A stretch of 64,000 bases of DNA, taken from contig CAVSBT010000043.1 in NCBI GenBank assembly GCA_963726245.1, positions 1 to 64,000 on the forward strand. Direction: 5' to 3'. The notes under the pieces were generated by a model. That model had not been told where the DNA came from and made no database searches. It was given only the letters and a program-made list of their open reading frames with translations. Shown here piece after piece: positions 54,758 through 64,000 of the stretch. The stretch comes from an uncultured Chloroflexia bacterium (GTDB taxonomy: Bacteria; Chloroflexota; Dehalococcoidia; DSTF01; JALHUB01). Positions within the stretch are counted from its first letter, which is position 1. Each line of letters starts with the position of its first letter. The position numbers and the translations under genes were made by a program.

Positions 54758-56425
54758 ATGTGCGGATTGGACAAGTCTGACGAACTGAGAGAGCCGCGCC
54801 GGCAGTGGGAGGAGCGCACGGAGGGCAAGGGCCAGGAGCGGGACGCCTTCTTCACCACCGCCTCCGGCCGGCCCATCCGGCGACTCTACGACCCTACAGA
54901 CGTTGCTGATATCGACTACCTGCGCGATGTCGGCTTCCCGGGCGAGCCTCCCTTCACGCGCGGCATCCACCCCAACGGCTACCGGGGCCGGCTCTGGACC
55001 ATACGCATGTTCGCCGGCTTCGGCACCGTCGAGGAGACCAACCAGCGCTACCACTACCTGCTCGAACACGGCGATACCGGCCTCTCGGTGGCCTTCGACC
55101 TGCCCACTCTCATGGGCTACGACAGCGATGACCCACAGGCGGCGGGCGAGTTCGGCCGCTGCGGCGTCGGCGTCTCCTCCCTGGCCGACATGGAGATCCT
55201 CTTCCAGGGCATACCCCTGGGCGAGATCACCACCTCGATGACCATCAACTCGCCGGCGGCCGTTATCTGGGCCATGTACATCGCCGCCGCTGAGAAGCAG
55301 GGCTATCCCCGCGCTCAGTTGGGCGGCACCACCCAGAACGACATCCTCAAAGAGTACATGGCCCAGAACGAGTTCATCTTCCCGCCGCAGCCGGCCATGC
55401 GGCTGGTCACGGATACCATCGAGTTCGGCACCCGAGAAATGCCGCTGTGGAATACGATCAGCGTCTCCGGCTACCACATCCGGGAAGCGGGCTCGACGGC
55501 GGCTCAGGAGCTGGCCTTCACTCTGGCCGATGGCATGGCCTACGTGGAGGCGGCGCTGGAACGCGGGCTGGACATCGACGACTTCGCTCCCCGCCTGTCC
55601 TTTTTCTTCAACTGCCACAATGATTTCTTCGAGGAGGTGGCCAAGTTCCGGGCTGCCCGCCGTATCTGGGCCCGGGAGATGCGGGAGCGCTACGCGGCCA
55701 AGAGCCCGCGCTCCTGGTGGATGCGCTTCCACACTCAGACGGCCGGCTGCTCCCTCTACCCACAGCAGCCGGAGGTGAACCTCATCCGAACCGCTATCCA
55801 GGCGCTGGCGGCCGTCATGGGCGGCACTCAGTCGCTGCACACGAACTCCCTGGACGAGGCCATAGCCCTGCCCAGCGAGAGGGCGGCCCTCCTTGCCCTG
55901 CGAACTCAGCAGATCATCGCCCACGAGTCCGGCGTCACCGACACCGTGGACCCTTTGGGCGGCAGCTACTTCCTGGAGCGGCTAACCTCGGACCTGGAGC
56001 GCGACTGCTACGCCTACTTCGACCGCATCCGGGCGCAGGGCGGCGTCATACCCGCCCTGGAATCGGGTTTCTTCCAGCGTGAGATCGCGGAGGCCTCCTC
56101 TCGCTACCAGCGTGAGATCGAGACCGGCAAGCGCATCATCGTCGGCGTCAACGAGTACGTGATCGAGCAACCACTCGACATCGCCATCCTGGAAATGGAC
56201 CCGGAGGGGGAGAAGCGGCAAAAGGATCGGCTCTGCCGCGTGCGGGCGGAGCGCGACGGCGCCCAGGCCAAGGCAGCCCTGGGCCGCTTGGGGGACGCCT
56301 GTAGTGGCTCCGAGAACGTCATGCCCCATCTGCTGGAGGCGGTCAACGCCTACTGCACCCTGGGAGAGATCTGCGGCGTCATGCGCCGCGTCTTCGGCGA
56401 GTACCCGGCGTCCGTGCTGGTCTAG
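54758..56425 (+). CDS. B12-dependent acyl-CoA mutase large subunit, isobutyryl-CoA mutase (IcmA)-type
   Basis: [56 protein letters not shown]; no B12-binding domain. Confidence 0.9.
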   Translation: MCGLDKSDELREPRRQWEERTEGKGQERDAFFTTASGRPIRRLYDPTDVADIDYLRDVGFPGEPPFTRGIHPNGYRGRLWTIRMFAGFGTVEETNQRYHYLLEHGDTGLSVAFDLPTLMGYDSDDPQAAGEFGRCGVGVSSLADMEILFQGIPLGEITTSMTINSPAAVIWAMYIAAAEKQGYPRAQLGGTTQNDILKEYMAQNEFIFPPQPAMRLVTDTIEFGTREMPLWNTISVSGYHIREAGSTAAQELAFTLADGMAYVEAALERGLDIDDFAPRLSFFFNCHNDFFEEVAKFRAARRIWAREMRERYAAKSPRSWWMRFHTQTAGCSLYPQQPEVNLIRTAIQALAAVMGGTQSLHTNSLDEAIALPSERAALLALRTQQIIAHESGVTDTVDPLGGSYFLERLTSDLERDCYAYFDRIRAQGGVIPALESGFFQREIAEASSRYQREIETGKRIIVGVNEYVIEQPLDIAILEMDPEGEKRQKDRLCRVRAERDGAQAKAALGRLGDACSGSENVMPHLLEAVNAYCTLGEICGVMRRVFGEYPASVLV

Positions 56426-56461
56426 AGTCAGTCAACCGGCGACTCCCGAAAGGAGAGGGAC

Positions 56462-57049
56462 ATGGCTTCGTACGGAGCAACCTTCGACATCGCCTCACCG
56501 CAGAAGTTCGACCGTGTCCACATTGGCATCCGCGTCCTGATCGCGATTGTCCTCGCGATACTGGGCGGCTCCATCGGCTGGCTCTACGGTGCCGTCTACC
56601 TGGCGATCCCCGTCGCGGCGGCGATCCTGATCTCTCAGCGTGGCGCCCAACGCTATCTGGCCGAAGCCGACCAGAACATGACGAAATGGGTCCGCTACCT
56701 CCTGGCGTTCTACGCCTACATGGGCCTCCTGACCGACCGGCTTCCGAATGAGGAGCCGAAGGAGACGCTCCACTTCGAGGTCGCGACCAGCGGCACACCC
56801 ACCGCCGGGTCGACCCTCTTGCGGATCATCCTCGCCATCCCGTCCGCCCTCGTCCTCGGGCTGCTGGGGATCGTGGCGTTCTTCGTCATGCTCTTCGCGG
56901 CGGTGATGATCTTGATCCAGGAGACGTATCCGGAAGGCGCTTACGGCTACCTGCGCGGCGTCATGCGCTGGGAGGCCCGACTGCTCGCCTACATAGCGTC
57001 GCTGGTCGACGAGTACCCGCCCTTCGCGCTCGATACAGGGCAGGGGTGA
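56462..57049 (+). CDS. DUF4389 membrane protein
   Basis: RIILAIP..ILI..YP..GVMRW.ARL.AY..LVDEYPPF. Confidence 0.85.
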   Translation: MASYGATFDIASPQKFDRVHIGIRVLIAIVLAILGGSIGWLYGAVYLAIPVAAAILISQRGAQRYLAEADQNMTKWVRYLLAFYAYMGLLTDRLPNEEPKETLHFEVATSGTPTAGSTLLRIILAIPSALVLGLLGIVAFFVMLFAAVMILIQETYPEGAYGYLRGVMRWEARLLAYIASLVDEYPPFALDTGQG

Positions 57050-57116
57050 ACCAGGCAAACCACGCTGCGCATTGAAATGCGCAGCTTCCTCGAAGCTGAG
57101 GGCTTCACCCTCAGGG

Positions 57117-57824
57117 ATGGCGGAGGCAGCCGTGAAGCCGTTTCGACGACCCGGACAGTTGCCCTTTAAGATGCCCTTCGCGAAAGCCGTGGCCAACCTG
57201 CGCCAGCAGGCGCTGAGCCGCGACGACTACGACCCGGCGACCCTCTTCGTCTGGGGCCAGATGAACGCCGTCGCCGTCATCGAGATGCTGAAGGAGGTGG
57301 AGGCCCGCTGCGGCGACGAGGGGCAGCGCGCCTGCATCGACGCCCTGGAGCGTGTCGGCCGGCGTATGGCCAGGGAGAGCGTGGAGGGGGTGGAGGTCCC
57401 ACCCGAGCTGAGCGCCGTGGAGGTGGGCTCACTCTGGTGCTCCTGGATCAACGAGATCTGCTACGCCTCCATCGAGGAGCCTCACGTGGAGGGGCCCGAC
57501 GCCTTCTCCTTCGACATACACTATTGCCCGCACCAGGACATCTACAGCGCTGACGACTGCCGAGTGCAGCGATACCTGGTGCAGGGCATGACCCGCGGAT
57601 TCGCCGAAGCGTTTCCCCAGGAGCAGGGCGGCGCTGCCGGCCTGCAGGACTTCAACGCCGCCTTCGAGATGACCATCCCCGCCGGTGCCCCTATTTGCCG
57701 CTTCCGTATCTGGCGGCGCCAGCCCGAAGAGGGTGAGGATGCCTGGCGCTCCTACTCCGACAAGCTGGCACAACGCGCGCTCGGTCGCCTGAGTGAGGGG
57801 AAGCAGCAGCGCGCAGGGTCCTAG
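57117..57824 (+). CDS. hypothetical protein, ATC-hydrolase/V4R-like fold
   Basis: HYCPH..DCRVQ..TIPAGAPICRF cysteine pattern. Confidence 0.65.
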   Translation: MAEAAVKPFRRPGQLPFKMPFAKAVANLRQQALSRDDYDPATLFVWGQMNAVAVIEMLKEVEARCGDEGQRACIDALERVGRRMARESVEGVEVPPELSAVEVGSLWCSWINEICYASIEEPHVEGPDAFSFDIHYCPHQDIYSADDCRVQRYLVQGMTRGFAEAFPQEQGGAAGLQDFNAAFEMTIPAGAPICRFRIWRRQPEEGEDAWRSYSDKLAQRALGRLSEGKQQRAGS

Positions 57825-58169
57825 TGCTTCACGCCCCCGGTAGCTCCCCGAACTTGTCATAACCAACGTCCACCTGGCCACGGGTTGCCGCTTCTTCTCA
57901 GCGGCATACTCCTTTCGTCGCAGCCAGTCACCCCGGCATCTACAGATCGGCGGAAAGCTGCCGATATAGAAGTCGGGTGCCGCCCCCGCAGCGGGCGGGG
58001 GCTGCGCTCGCCATCCGATACGAGGACTGAGTCTGCGCCAAGGAGTCGGCGATCCCCTTTCTCTTCCCCTCGTCGATGACGCTGGCGCCTGGAGTGCTTC
58101 TGTGGCTTCGGCGATGTCCTCAGGAATAAGGGTTGTGCCTTACCAAGCGTTCGGCGGCCCTGCCGATAA

Positions 58170-58433
58170 TCCCTCAGAACTAGGCGGCAGGCCATCCCTG
58201 CTACCAGAGGAGTAGGCGCGGGTCAAGGCTACTGGGAGTACCGGCAGTTCATCCAGAAGCAGCCGGGAGCGGCGCCCGTTCCGCTCCAAGTCGCCTTCTC
58301 GCTGCCTCCTGGCGGTCAGGCGCTGTCGCTCCAAGTGGACGGCGAGAAGCGGGACCCGGCATCGGAGCTGACGATCGATCTCCGGCGGGACACGGAGCTT
58401 GTATATCGGTTCGAGGTAGAGCACATGGGGTGA
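58170..58433 (+). pseudogene. start-less C-terminal gene remnant resembling the tail of DUF4012-type proteins
   Basis: ..WEYRQFIQKQPGAAPVPLQVAFSLP..LTIDLRRDTELVYRF..* with its TGA overlapping the gmhB GTG. Confidence 0.5.
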
Positions 58434-59044
58434 AGGCGGTTCTCCTGGATCGTGACGGCGTAATCAACGCTGATCAGGACGGCTATGTGACCTCTTGGAG
58501 CCAGTTCACGTTCCTGCCGGGCACCCTGGATGGGCTCCGTCAGTTGACTGCGGCGGGATTCCGGCTGGGCGTGGTCACCAACCAGGCCGCCATCGGCCGC
58601 GGGCTGGCCTCTGCCGACGAGGTGGAGCAGCTCAACGCCCGCATGGTGTCGACGCTGGCCGAAGGCGACATCCGCATCGATACCGTTCTCTACTGCCCCC
58701 ACGCTCCGGAAGAGGGCTGCGCCTGTCGCAAGCCGCAACCCGGCCTGCTTGTCGAGGCCGCCCGCCGCCTGGGTGTCGCCCCGGCCGATACCTGTGTCAT
58801 CGGCGACTGGGTGGACGACATCGCGGCGGCGCGTGCTGCCGGCTGCGCTGTCCCCATCTTGGTAATGACTGGCCGCGGCCGCCGCGCTCTGCCCCTCGCA
58901 AGGGCGGCCGGCCTGGGACCCTTCCTGGTAGCGCGCGACCTGCTGGTGGCGGCGCAGGCCATCGTCTCCTGGGGCGGCGACGATGGCGTGGGCACGCAAG
59001 CGCGCACGGAAGTACTCGAAGCTTCACGGAGGTATGCGCCATGA
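58430..59044 (+). CDS. gmhB: D,D-heptose 1,7-bisphosphate phosphatase
   Basis: LDRDGVIN, VTNQ, CPH..C.CRKPQPG, IGD. Confidence 0.92.
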   Translation: MKAVLLDRDGVINADQDGYVTSWSQFTFLPGTLDGLRQLTAAGFRLGVVTNQAAIGRGLASADEVEQLNARMVSTLAEGDIRIDTVLYCPHAPEEGCACRKPQPGLLVEAARRLGVAPADTCVIGDWVDDIAAARAAGCAVPILVMTGRGRRALPLARAAGLGPFLVARDLLVAAQAIVSWGGDDGVGTQARTEVLEASRRYAP

Positions 59045-60516
59045 AGGCGATGATCCTGGCTGCCGGCGAAGGAACCCGGCTACGGCCCCTGACAGAGCAC
59101 TGCCCGAAGCCCATGCTCCCGATAGGTGGGAGGCCGCTCCTGGAGTATCTCCTGAAGCTGTTACGCAGCCACGGCGTCAAAGAGGTGGCCATCAATCTCC
59201 ACCACCGCCCTGAGACCGTGACCAGCCACTTCGGGGATGGCTCTACCCTGGGGATGAGGATCGTCTACTCGCATGAGGAGGAGCTTCTGGGGACGGCCGG
59301 CGCCCTGAGAAGGATGGCCTCGTTCTTGGATGACACCTTCCTTGTTCTTTTCGGCGACGTGCTCACCAACGCCGACTTCACGTCGCTGGCCGAGTTCCAC
59401 CGCTGGCGCAGCGCTGTGGCTACCACTGCCCTCCACCGGGTGGAAGACCCGAGTCGCGCGGGCCTGGTCGACGCCTCCCCCGACGGACGGATCTTCCGCT
59501 TTGGGGAGAAGCCGCCCCGGAGCCGTCGTTTCACGAATCTGGCCTGCGCCGGCCTCTACGTCTTCGAGCCCTCGATCCTGAATGAGATCCCTGAAGATCG
59601 CCCCAGCGATCTGGGCCGCGACCTGATCCCACGCTTGATCGACAAGGGCCTGCCCGTCTACGGCCTGGAGGGTGTGGGCCACGTGCTCGACATCGGCTCG
59701 CCCGAGCGCTATGCCCTGGCTCAGCTCATGTTGCCCTCCCTGTCCCTGAACGGCGGCAACGGCCACAGCCAGGGAACCGTCATCCCCTTCCCAACGCGGC
59801 AGAAGGCGCTGCCCGCACCGAAAGCTCTGGAGACCGGCGCAGGACGCGACGGAGCGAAGGGCGTCGCCAGCGGATTCCTGGCGGAGGCGCGCGCCGTCCT
59901 GGATCGCATCGATCCCTCGGACGTGGAGCTGGTGGTGTCCTTGCTGGTGGCGGCGCACCGGCGTGAGGGGACCGTTTTCGCCGTGGGGAACGGCGGCAGC
60001 GCGGCTACCGCCAGTCACCTGGCCAGCGAGCTGACGAGGAGCACGCAGCAGCAGAACGGCGGCCCTCCCCTGCGCGCCTTCTGCCTGAGTGATAACGTGC
60101 CCCAACTAACGGCCTGGGCCAACGACACCTGCTACCAGGAGTCCTTCGCCGCCCAGTTGCGCGCCTATGCCCGCCCCGGCGATGTCCTGGTGGCTATTTC
60201 TGCCAGCGGCAACTCGGCCAACATCCTGGCGGCCGTGAAGAAAGCCCGAAACATGGGCCTGGCCGTCATCGCTCTCACGGGGTTCGGCGGTGGGCGGCTC
60301 AGCGCCATGGCTGACGCTGCCCTGGTCATCGACAGCTATGAGTACGGGCAGGTGGAGGGCGCTCATTCGGTGCTGACCCATCTTCTGTCCAAGATGGTGG
60401 TTCGGGCGGCGGCCCAAGGTTCCCAGGAGGCGGAAGCGCCAGTTGCAGCGATCGAGCGCACCTGTCCGGGAAGTCGGCCGGCGGCGGTCGTGGCGGCGAT
60501 GGAAGCGGCGGGCTAG
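59041..60516 (+). CDS. NDP-sugar nucleotidyltransferase (HddC-like) fused to phosphoheptose isomerase (GmhA/SIS)
   Basis: ILAAGEGTRLRP..PKPM..DIGSPE, linker, then GNGGSAATASH..AWAND..ISASGNSAN..LTGFGGG..VEGAH. Confidence 0.88.
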   Translation: MKAMILAAGEGTRLRPLTEHCPKPMLPIGGRPLLEYLLKLLRSHGVKEVAINLHHRPETVTSHFGDGSTLGMRIVYSHEEELLGTAGALRRMASFLDDTFLVLFGDVLTNADFTSLAEFHRWRSAVATTALHRVEDPSRAGLVDASPDGRIFRFGEKPPRSRRFTNLACAGLYVFEPSILNEIPEDRPSDLGRDLIPRLIDKGLPVYGLEGVGHVLDIGSPERYALAQLMLPSLSLNGGNGHSQGTVIPFPTRQKALPAPKALETGAGRDGAKGVASGFLAEARAVLDRIDPSDVELVVSLLVAAHRREGTVFAVGNGGSAATASHLASELTRSTQQQNGGPPLRAFCLSDNVPQLTAWANDTCYQESFAAQLRAYARPGDVLVAISASGNSANILAAVKKARNMGLAVIALTGFGGGRLSAMADAALVIDSYEYGQVEGAHSVLTHLLSKMVVRAAAQGSQEAEAPVAAIERTCPGSRPAAVVAAMEAAG

Positions 60517-60519
60517 ACG

Positions 60520-60744
60520 ATCCTCATTGCGCGGGCGCCGGTACGGATCAGCTTTGCCGGCGGCGGCACTGACCTGGAGGCCTACTACACCGAATACGGC
60601 GGCATGGTGGTTGGCGCCACCATCGACAAGTACTTCTATGTCTTCCTTACTCCCGACCAGGGGGGCAGTCTGCAAGTCACCTCCTCCGACTACCGGGCCT
60701 TCTACCGTCACGACAACGGCGACCAACATAATCGCGCCGTCTAG
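60520..60744 (+). pseudogene. hddA: truncated heptose-7-phosphate kinase (HddA, GHMP family) N-terminus
   Basis: ILIARAPVRISFAGGGTDLEAYY..GG.VVGATIDKYFYV, then a stop after 74 codons; ATC at the expected start; no continuation seen. Confidence 0.8.
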
Positions 60745-61056
60745 CCACCGCTGAACAGGCAACAAGCAACAAGGCCCCGGTTCCTAGTCCCCAGTTCCCG
60801 GATCTCCGGCTTCTCGGCTGATGTCATCCCGGGGCTCCACGTCCAAGCTGTCGAGGAGTCTCCGGTGGCGGACGGTCCAGTAGCTCACACAGGCTCCAGA
60901 GGCCACGTGAGCTCGCCTGGGGCCAAGACTCTCTGTGTGCTAAGATGGCTCTTGGCGCTCGAAGGCTGGAGTGGCGGCGACAATGTCGAGGGGTGGAGGA
61001 ATGGGCTTCGGGGACATCCCTGGCATCCCCTCTTCCTATGGCTTCGGAGGCAGGCA

Positions 61057-61812
61057 TTGACTGACGGTCTCAACTCCAAGGACGGTCAGCGGGAGCCGGC
61101 GGTTGACGACTCCCTGATTGTCCAGGCTGAAGAAGTAGTCAAGACCTATGACACGGGGAAGGTGAAGGTGCGCGCCCTACGCGGCGTGTCGCTGGCCGTC
61201 CGGCGGGGAGAGATGGTTGCCATTATGGGCCCGTCCGGCTGCGGCAAGACCACCCTCCTTAACTGCCTCAGCGGCCTGGACACAATCGACGGGGGGCGCA
61301 TCCTCGTCGACGGCACTGACATCAACCGGCTCTCGGACAACCAGAAGACGGAGTATCGCGCCCGCAGCATGGGCTTCGTCTTCCAGTTCTACAACCTCCT
61401 GCCCGTCCTCTCCTCGGTGGAGAACGTGGAGCTGCCGCTGATCGTGGGAGGGGTGAGTGCGCGCCAGGCGCGGGAGCGGGCCATTCAGGCCCTGGAGCAG
61501 GTCCACCTGACCGAATGGGCAAAGCACCGTCCGCTGGAGCTCTCAGGCGGACAGCGGCAGCGCGTCACCATCGCCCGCGCTCTGGTCAACGAGCCGGCCA
61601 TCGTCTGGGGCGACGAGCCCACGGGCGACCTCGACTCGGCCAACGCCAACGAGATCATGGAGCTGATGGTGGACCTGAACGAGCGCAACCAGCAGACCTT
61701 CGTCATCGTCACTCACGATTCGCGCATCGCCGCCCTCACGCACCGCATCGTCTACATGGTGGACGGCCTCATCGTGGACGAGAAGATAATCGAGCGGGCT
61801 CCCGCCCGCTGA
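61057..61812 (+). CDS. ABC transporter ATP-binding protein (LolD-like)
   Basis: [25 protein letters not shown]. Confidence 0.93.
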   Translation: MTDGLNSKDGQREPAVDDSLIVQAEEVVKTYDTGKVKVRALRGVSLAVRRGEMVAIMGPSGCGKTTLLNCLSGLDTIDGGRILVDGTDINRLSDNQKTEYRARSMGFVFQFYNLLPVLSSVENVELPLIVGGVSARQARERAIQALEQVHLTEWAKHRPLELSGGQRQRVTIARALVNEPAIVWGDEPTGDLDSANANEIMELMVDLNERNQQTFVIVTHDSRIAALTHRIVYMVDGLIVDEKIIERAPAR

Positions 61813-61833
61813 GACAGGTAGCCACCCGCCGCC

Positions 61834-64000
61834 ATGCATAGCCTCTTCGGCATCCCGATGAACTCCATCATGGTGGCCCTGCTGATCCTTCTGGGGATCA
61901 GTCTGGCCACCGTGGGCGTGACGGCGCTCCGGAACCGTGTCATGTTCCTCGTCGGCCTGCGCAACATCCCGCGGCGGCGGGCCCAGACCACCCTCATCAT
62001 CATCGGGCTCATGCTCAGCACCCTCATCATCTCCGCCGCCTTCACCATCGGCGACACCGTGGACTACAGCATCACCAACACGGTGTATGACGTGCTGGGC
62101 CACGTGGACGAGATTGTCCAGTTCCAGAACAAGGAGGGTGCCGCCGGGGGGCGCAGTGTCAGCATCCCGTCCAGCACGGTCCAGCAGTTGGAGGCCGCCG
62201 TCGGCAGCGACCCAGACATCGACGGCATCGCGCCGATCCTGATGGAGACGGTGCCCGCCGTCAACGAGAGGGCGCGGCTGAGCACACCGGCCGTGAACAT
62301 CGTGGGCATCGACCCGGAGCGCATGGGGGCGTTTCCGGACGTAGTCGATTTGAAGGGGCAGCCTCTGGACTTCGGTTCCCTGGGCGAGAATCAGGTCTAC
62401 CTGAACAAGAGCGCGGCCGATGAGCTGGGGGCGCAGGCCGGAGACACCGTCATCATCTACTACCAGAACCAACCTCTTCGCTTTCAGGTGGCAGAGATAG
62501 TGAAGGACCGAGTGATGACGGGCGATTGGAATCTGGAGGCGCCCAAGGGCATGGCGGCTCGCCTGGACACTCTTCAGCGTGCCTTCGGCCGGGAGGGACA
62601 GGTGGATGTCATCGCCATCTCCAACAGGGGCGGCGTCCGCGACTCCCTGCCCTTGAGTGGCACCGTCACGAAGAAGCTGGAGGCGGCCATAGAGAGCCAG
62701 GGGCTCCGGCTGAGCGTGGAGGAGACGAAGCAGGACAATGTCAATTTCGCCGAGCTGTTCGGCAACGGCATGATGACGTTCTTCCTGGTCCTGGGGCTCT
62801 TCTCCATCGCCGCCGGCGTCCTGCTCATCATCATGATCTTCGTGATGCTGGCGGCGGAGCGGAAGACCGAGATGGGCATCGCCCGAGCGGTGGGCACGAA
62901 GAGGCGCCACCTCGTCCAGATGTTCATGTCCGAGGGGATGGGTTACAACCTCGTCTCCGCCCTGGTGGGCGTCTCTCTGGGCGTGCTGGTGGCACTGGCC
63001 CTCACAGGGATCATGGCCGCCCTCTTCTCCGAGTTCGATATCTCCATCCGTACGCACATCACGGCGCGCAGCCTCATCATCTCCTATTGTCTGGGCGTCG
63101 TCTTGACCTTCCTGAGCGTGGTCTTCTCTTCCTGGCGGGTGAGCGTTCTCAACATCGTGCGCGCCATCCGCGACCTGCCGGAGCCGGAAGGCCGACCGCG
63201 GCGGCGCTCCTTGTTCTGGGGAGCGGCGCTGGCTGTATTCGGAGCGCTCTTGATGCTGTTGGGGCTGGCTTCACGGCAGGGCTTTCCTTACGCCCTCGGC
63301 TTCTCCCTTATCTTCTTCGGCCTGGCGATGGCGGGGCGCTACCTGCGCATCCCGGAGCGGCCGCTGTTCACGGTCGTGGGGCTGTTTACGCTCGCCTACT
63401 GGGCGCTCGCGGCCGGCGACCGCATCCCTGCCCAAGCTGGAGGGAGGCATCGAGCTGTTCTTCCTGAGCGGCATCGTGATGGTGGCCGCCGCCACCTTCG
63501 TTGTCGTCTACAACGGCGACCTGCTGCTGGCGGTGGTGAGCCGGGTCGGCGGGCGCTTCGGGCGTATCCTGCCGGCGGTGAAGACCGCTGTGGCCTATCC
63601 CCTGGCCAGCAAGTTCCGGACCGGGATGACCATGGCCATGATCTCCCTCGTCGTCTTCGCTCTGGTGATGATGTCCACAATGAACGCCAACTACAGCCGC
63701 CTCTTCTTGAGCGGAGATTCGCGCGGCAACTGGGACATCCAGGTAGACGAGAACCCCAACAACCCGATCAGCGACCTGCCGCAGACGCTGAACCAGGAGG
63801 GCTCCGGCGTCGACACGAGCAAGTTCACCTCCCTTGGGAAGCTGGGGGTAGCCCAACCTGTAGCCTCAGAGCTTCGCCAGGAGGGCCAGACAGACTTCAA
63901 GTCCTACCTGGTTAAGGGCGCCGACGACGGATTCCTTGGTGCGGCGAAACTTCCCCTCCAGGCCCGCGCCACCGGCTATAAGGACGACCAGGCGGTGTGG
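61834..64000 (+). CDS. large FtsX-family ABC permease (frameshift near 63430; runs off the window)
   Basis: RNIPRRRAQT, MLAAERKTEMGIARAVG, second half KFRTGMT. Confidence 0.9.

Noticed and set aside
58495-59040. Triple GmhB-HddC-GmhA fusion
   Set aside because: gmhB is in a different frame and ends with an ATGA overlap at 59041-59044.

Overview
High-GC (roughly 65-70% by eye) bacterial chromosome segment. It most likely comes from a Chloroflexota (Dehalococcoidia-like) genome, inferred from the dnaN C-terminus VMPMFVQW and the gene content. Many essential genes (dnaN, atpA, atpD, atpE, atpF, atpG, atpH, mreB) carry 1-2 nt indels, best read as unpolished long-read errors rather than pseudogenes. 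Gene order: dnaN; a probable ~8 kb island bounded by a repeat of the dnaN 3' end, with a recombinase-like C-terminal remnant, DUF4238, an SGNH lipoprotein, tag, an MFS, a ferredoxin-nitroreductase and an ABC exporter; an arsenic/chromate operon; uppP; riboswitch-controlled btuFCD-cobO; amidase; SDR; coaE-CbbQ/NorQ AAA-PPIase-large solenoid VWA; a stand-alone Nmad3-Nmad2 pair; lipoproteins; cinA; comB; pyrF; two MFS genes; DUF151; the F1Fo operon; murA (Cys115Asp type); mreB; rex; amrS; a branched-chain 2-oxoacid dehydrogenase linked to an isobutyryl-CoA-mutase-type large subunit; a GDP-heptose cluster truncated at both ends (gmhB, hddC-gmhA fusion); and a partial ABC exporter. No rRNA, tRNA or CRISPR array was found. 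All family calls come from motif recognition, not database searches.
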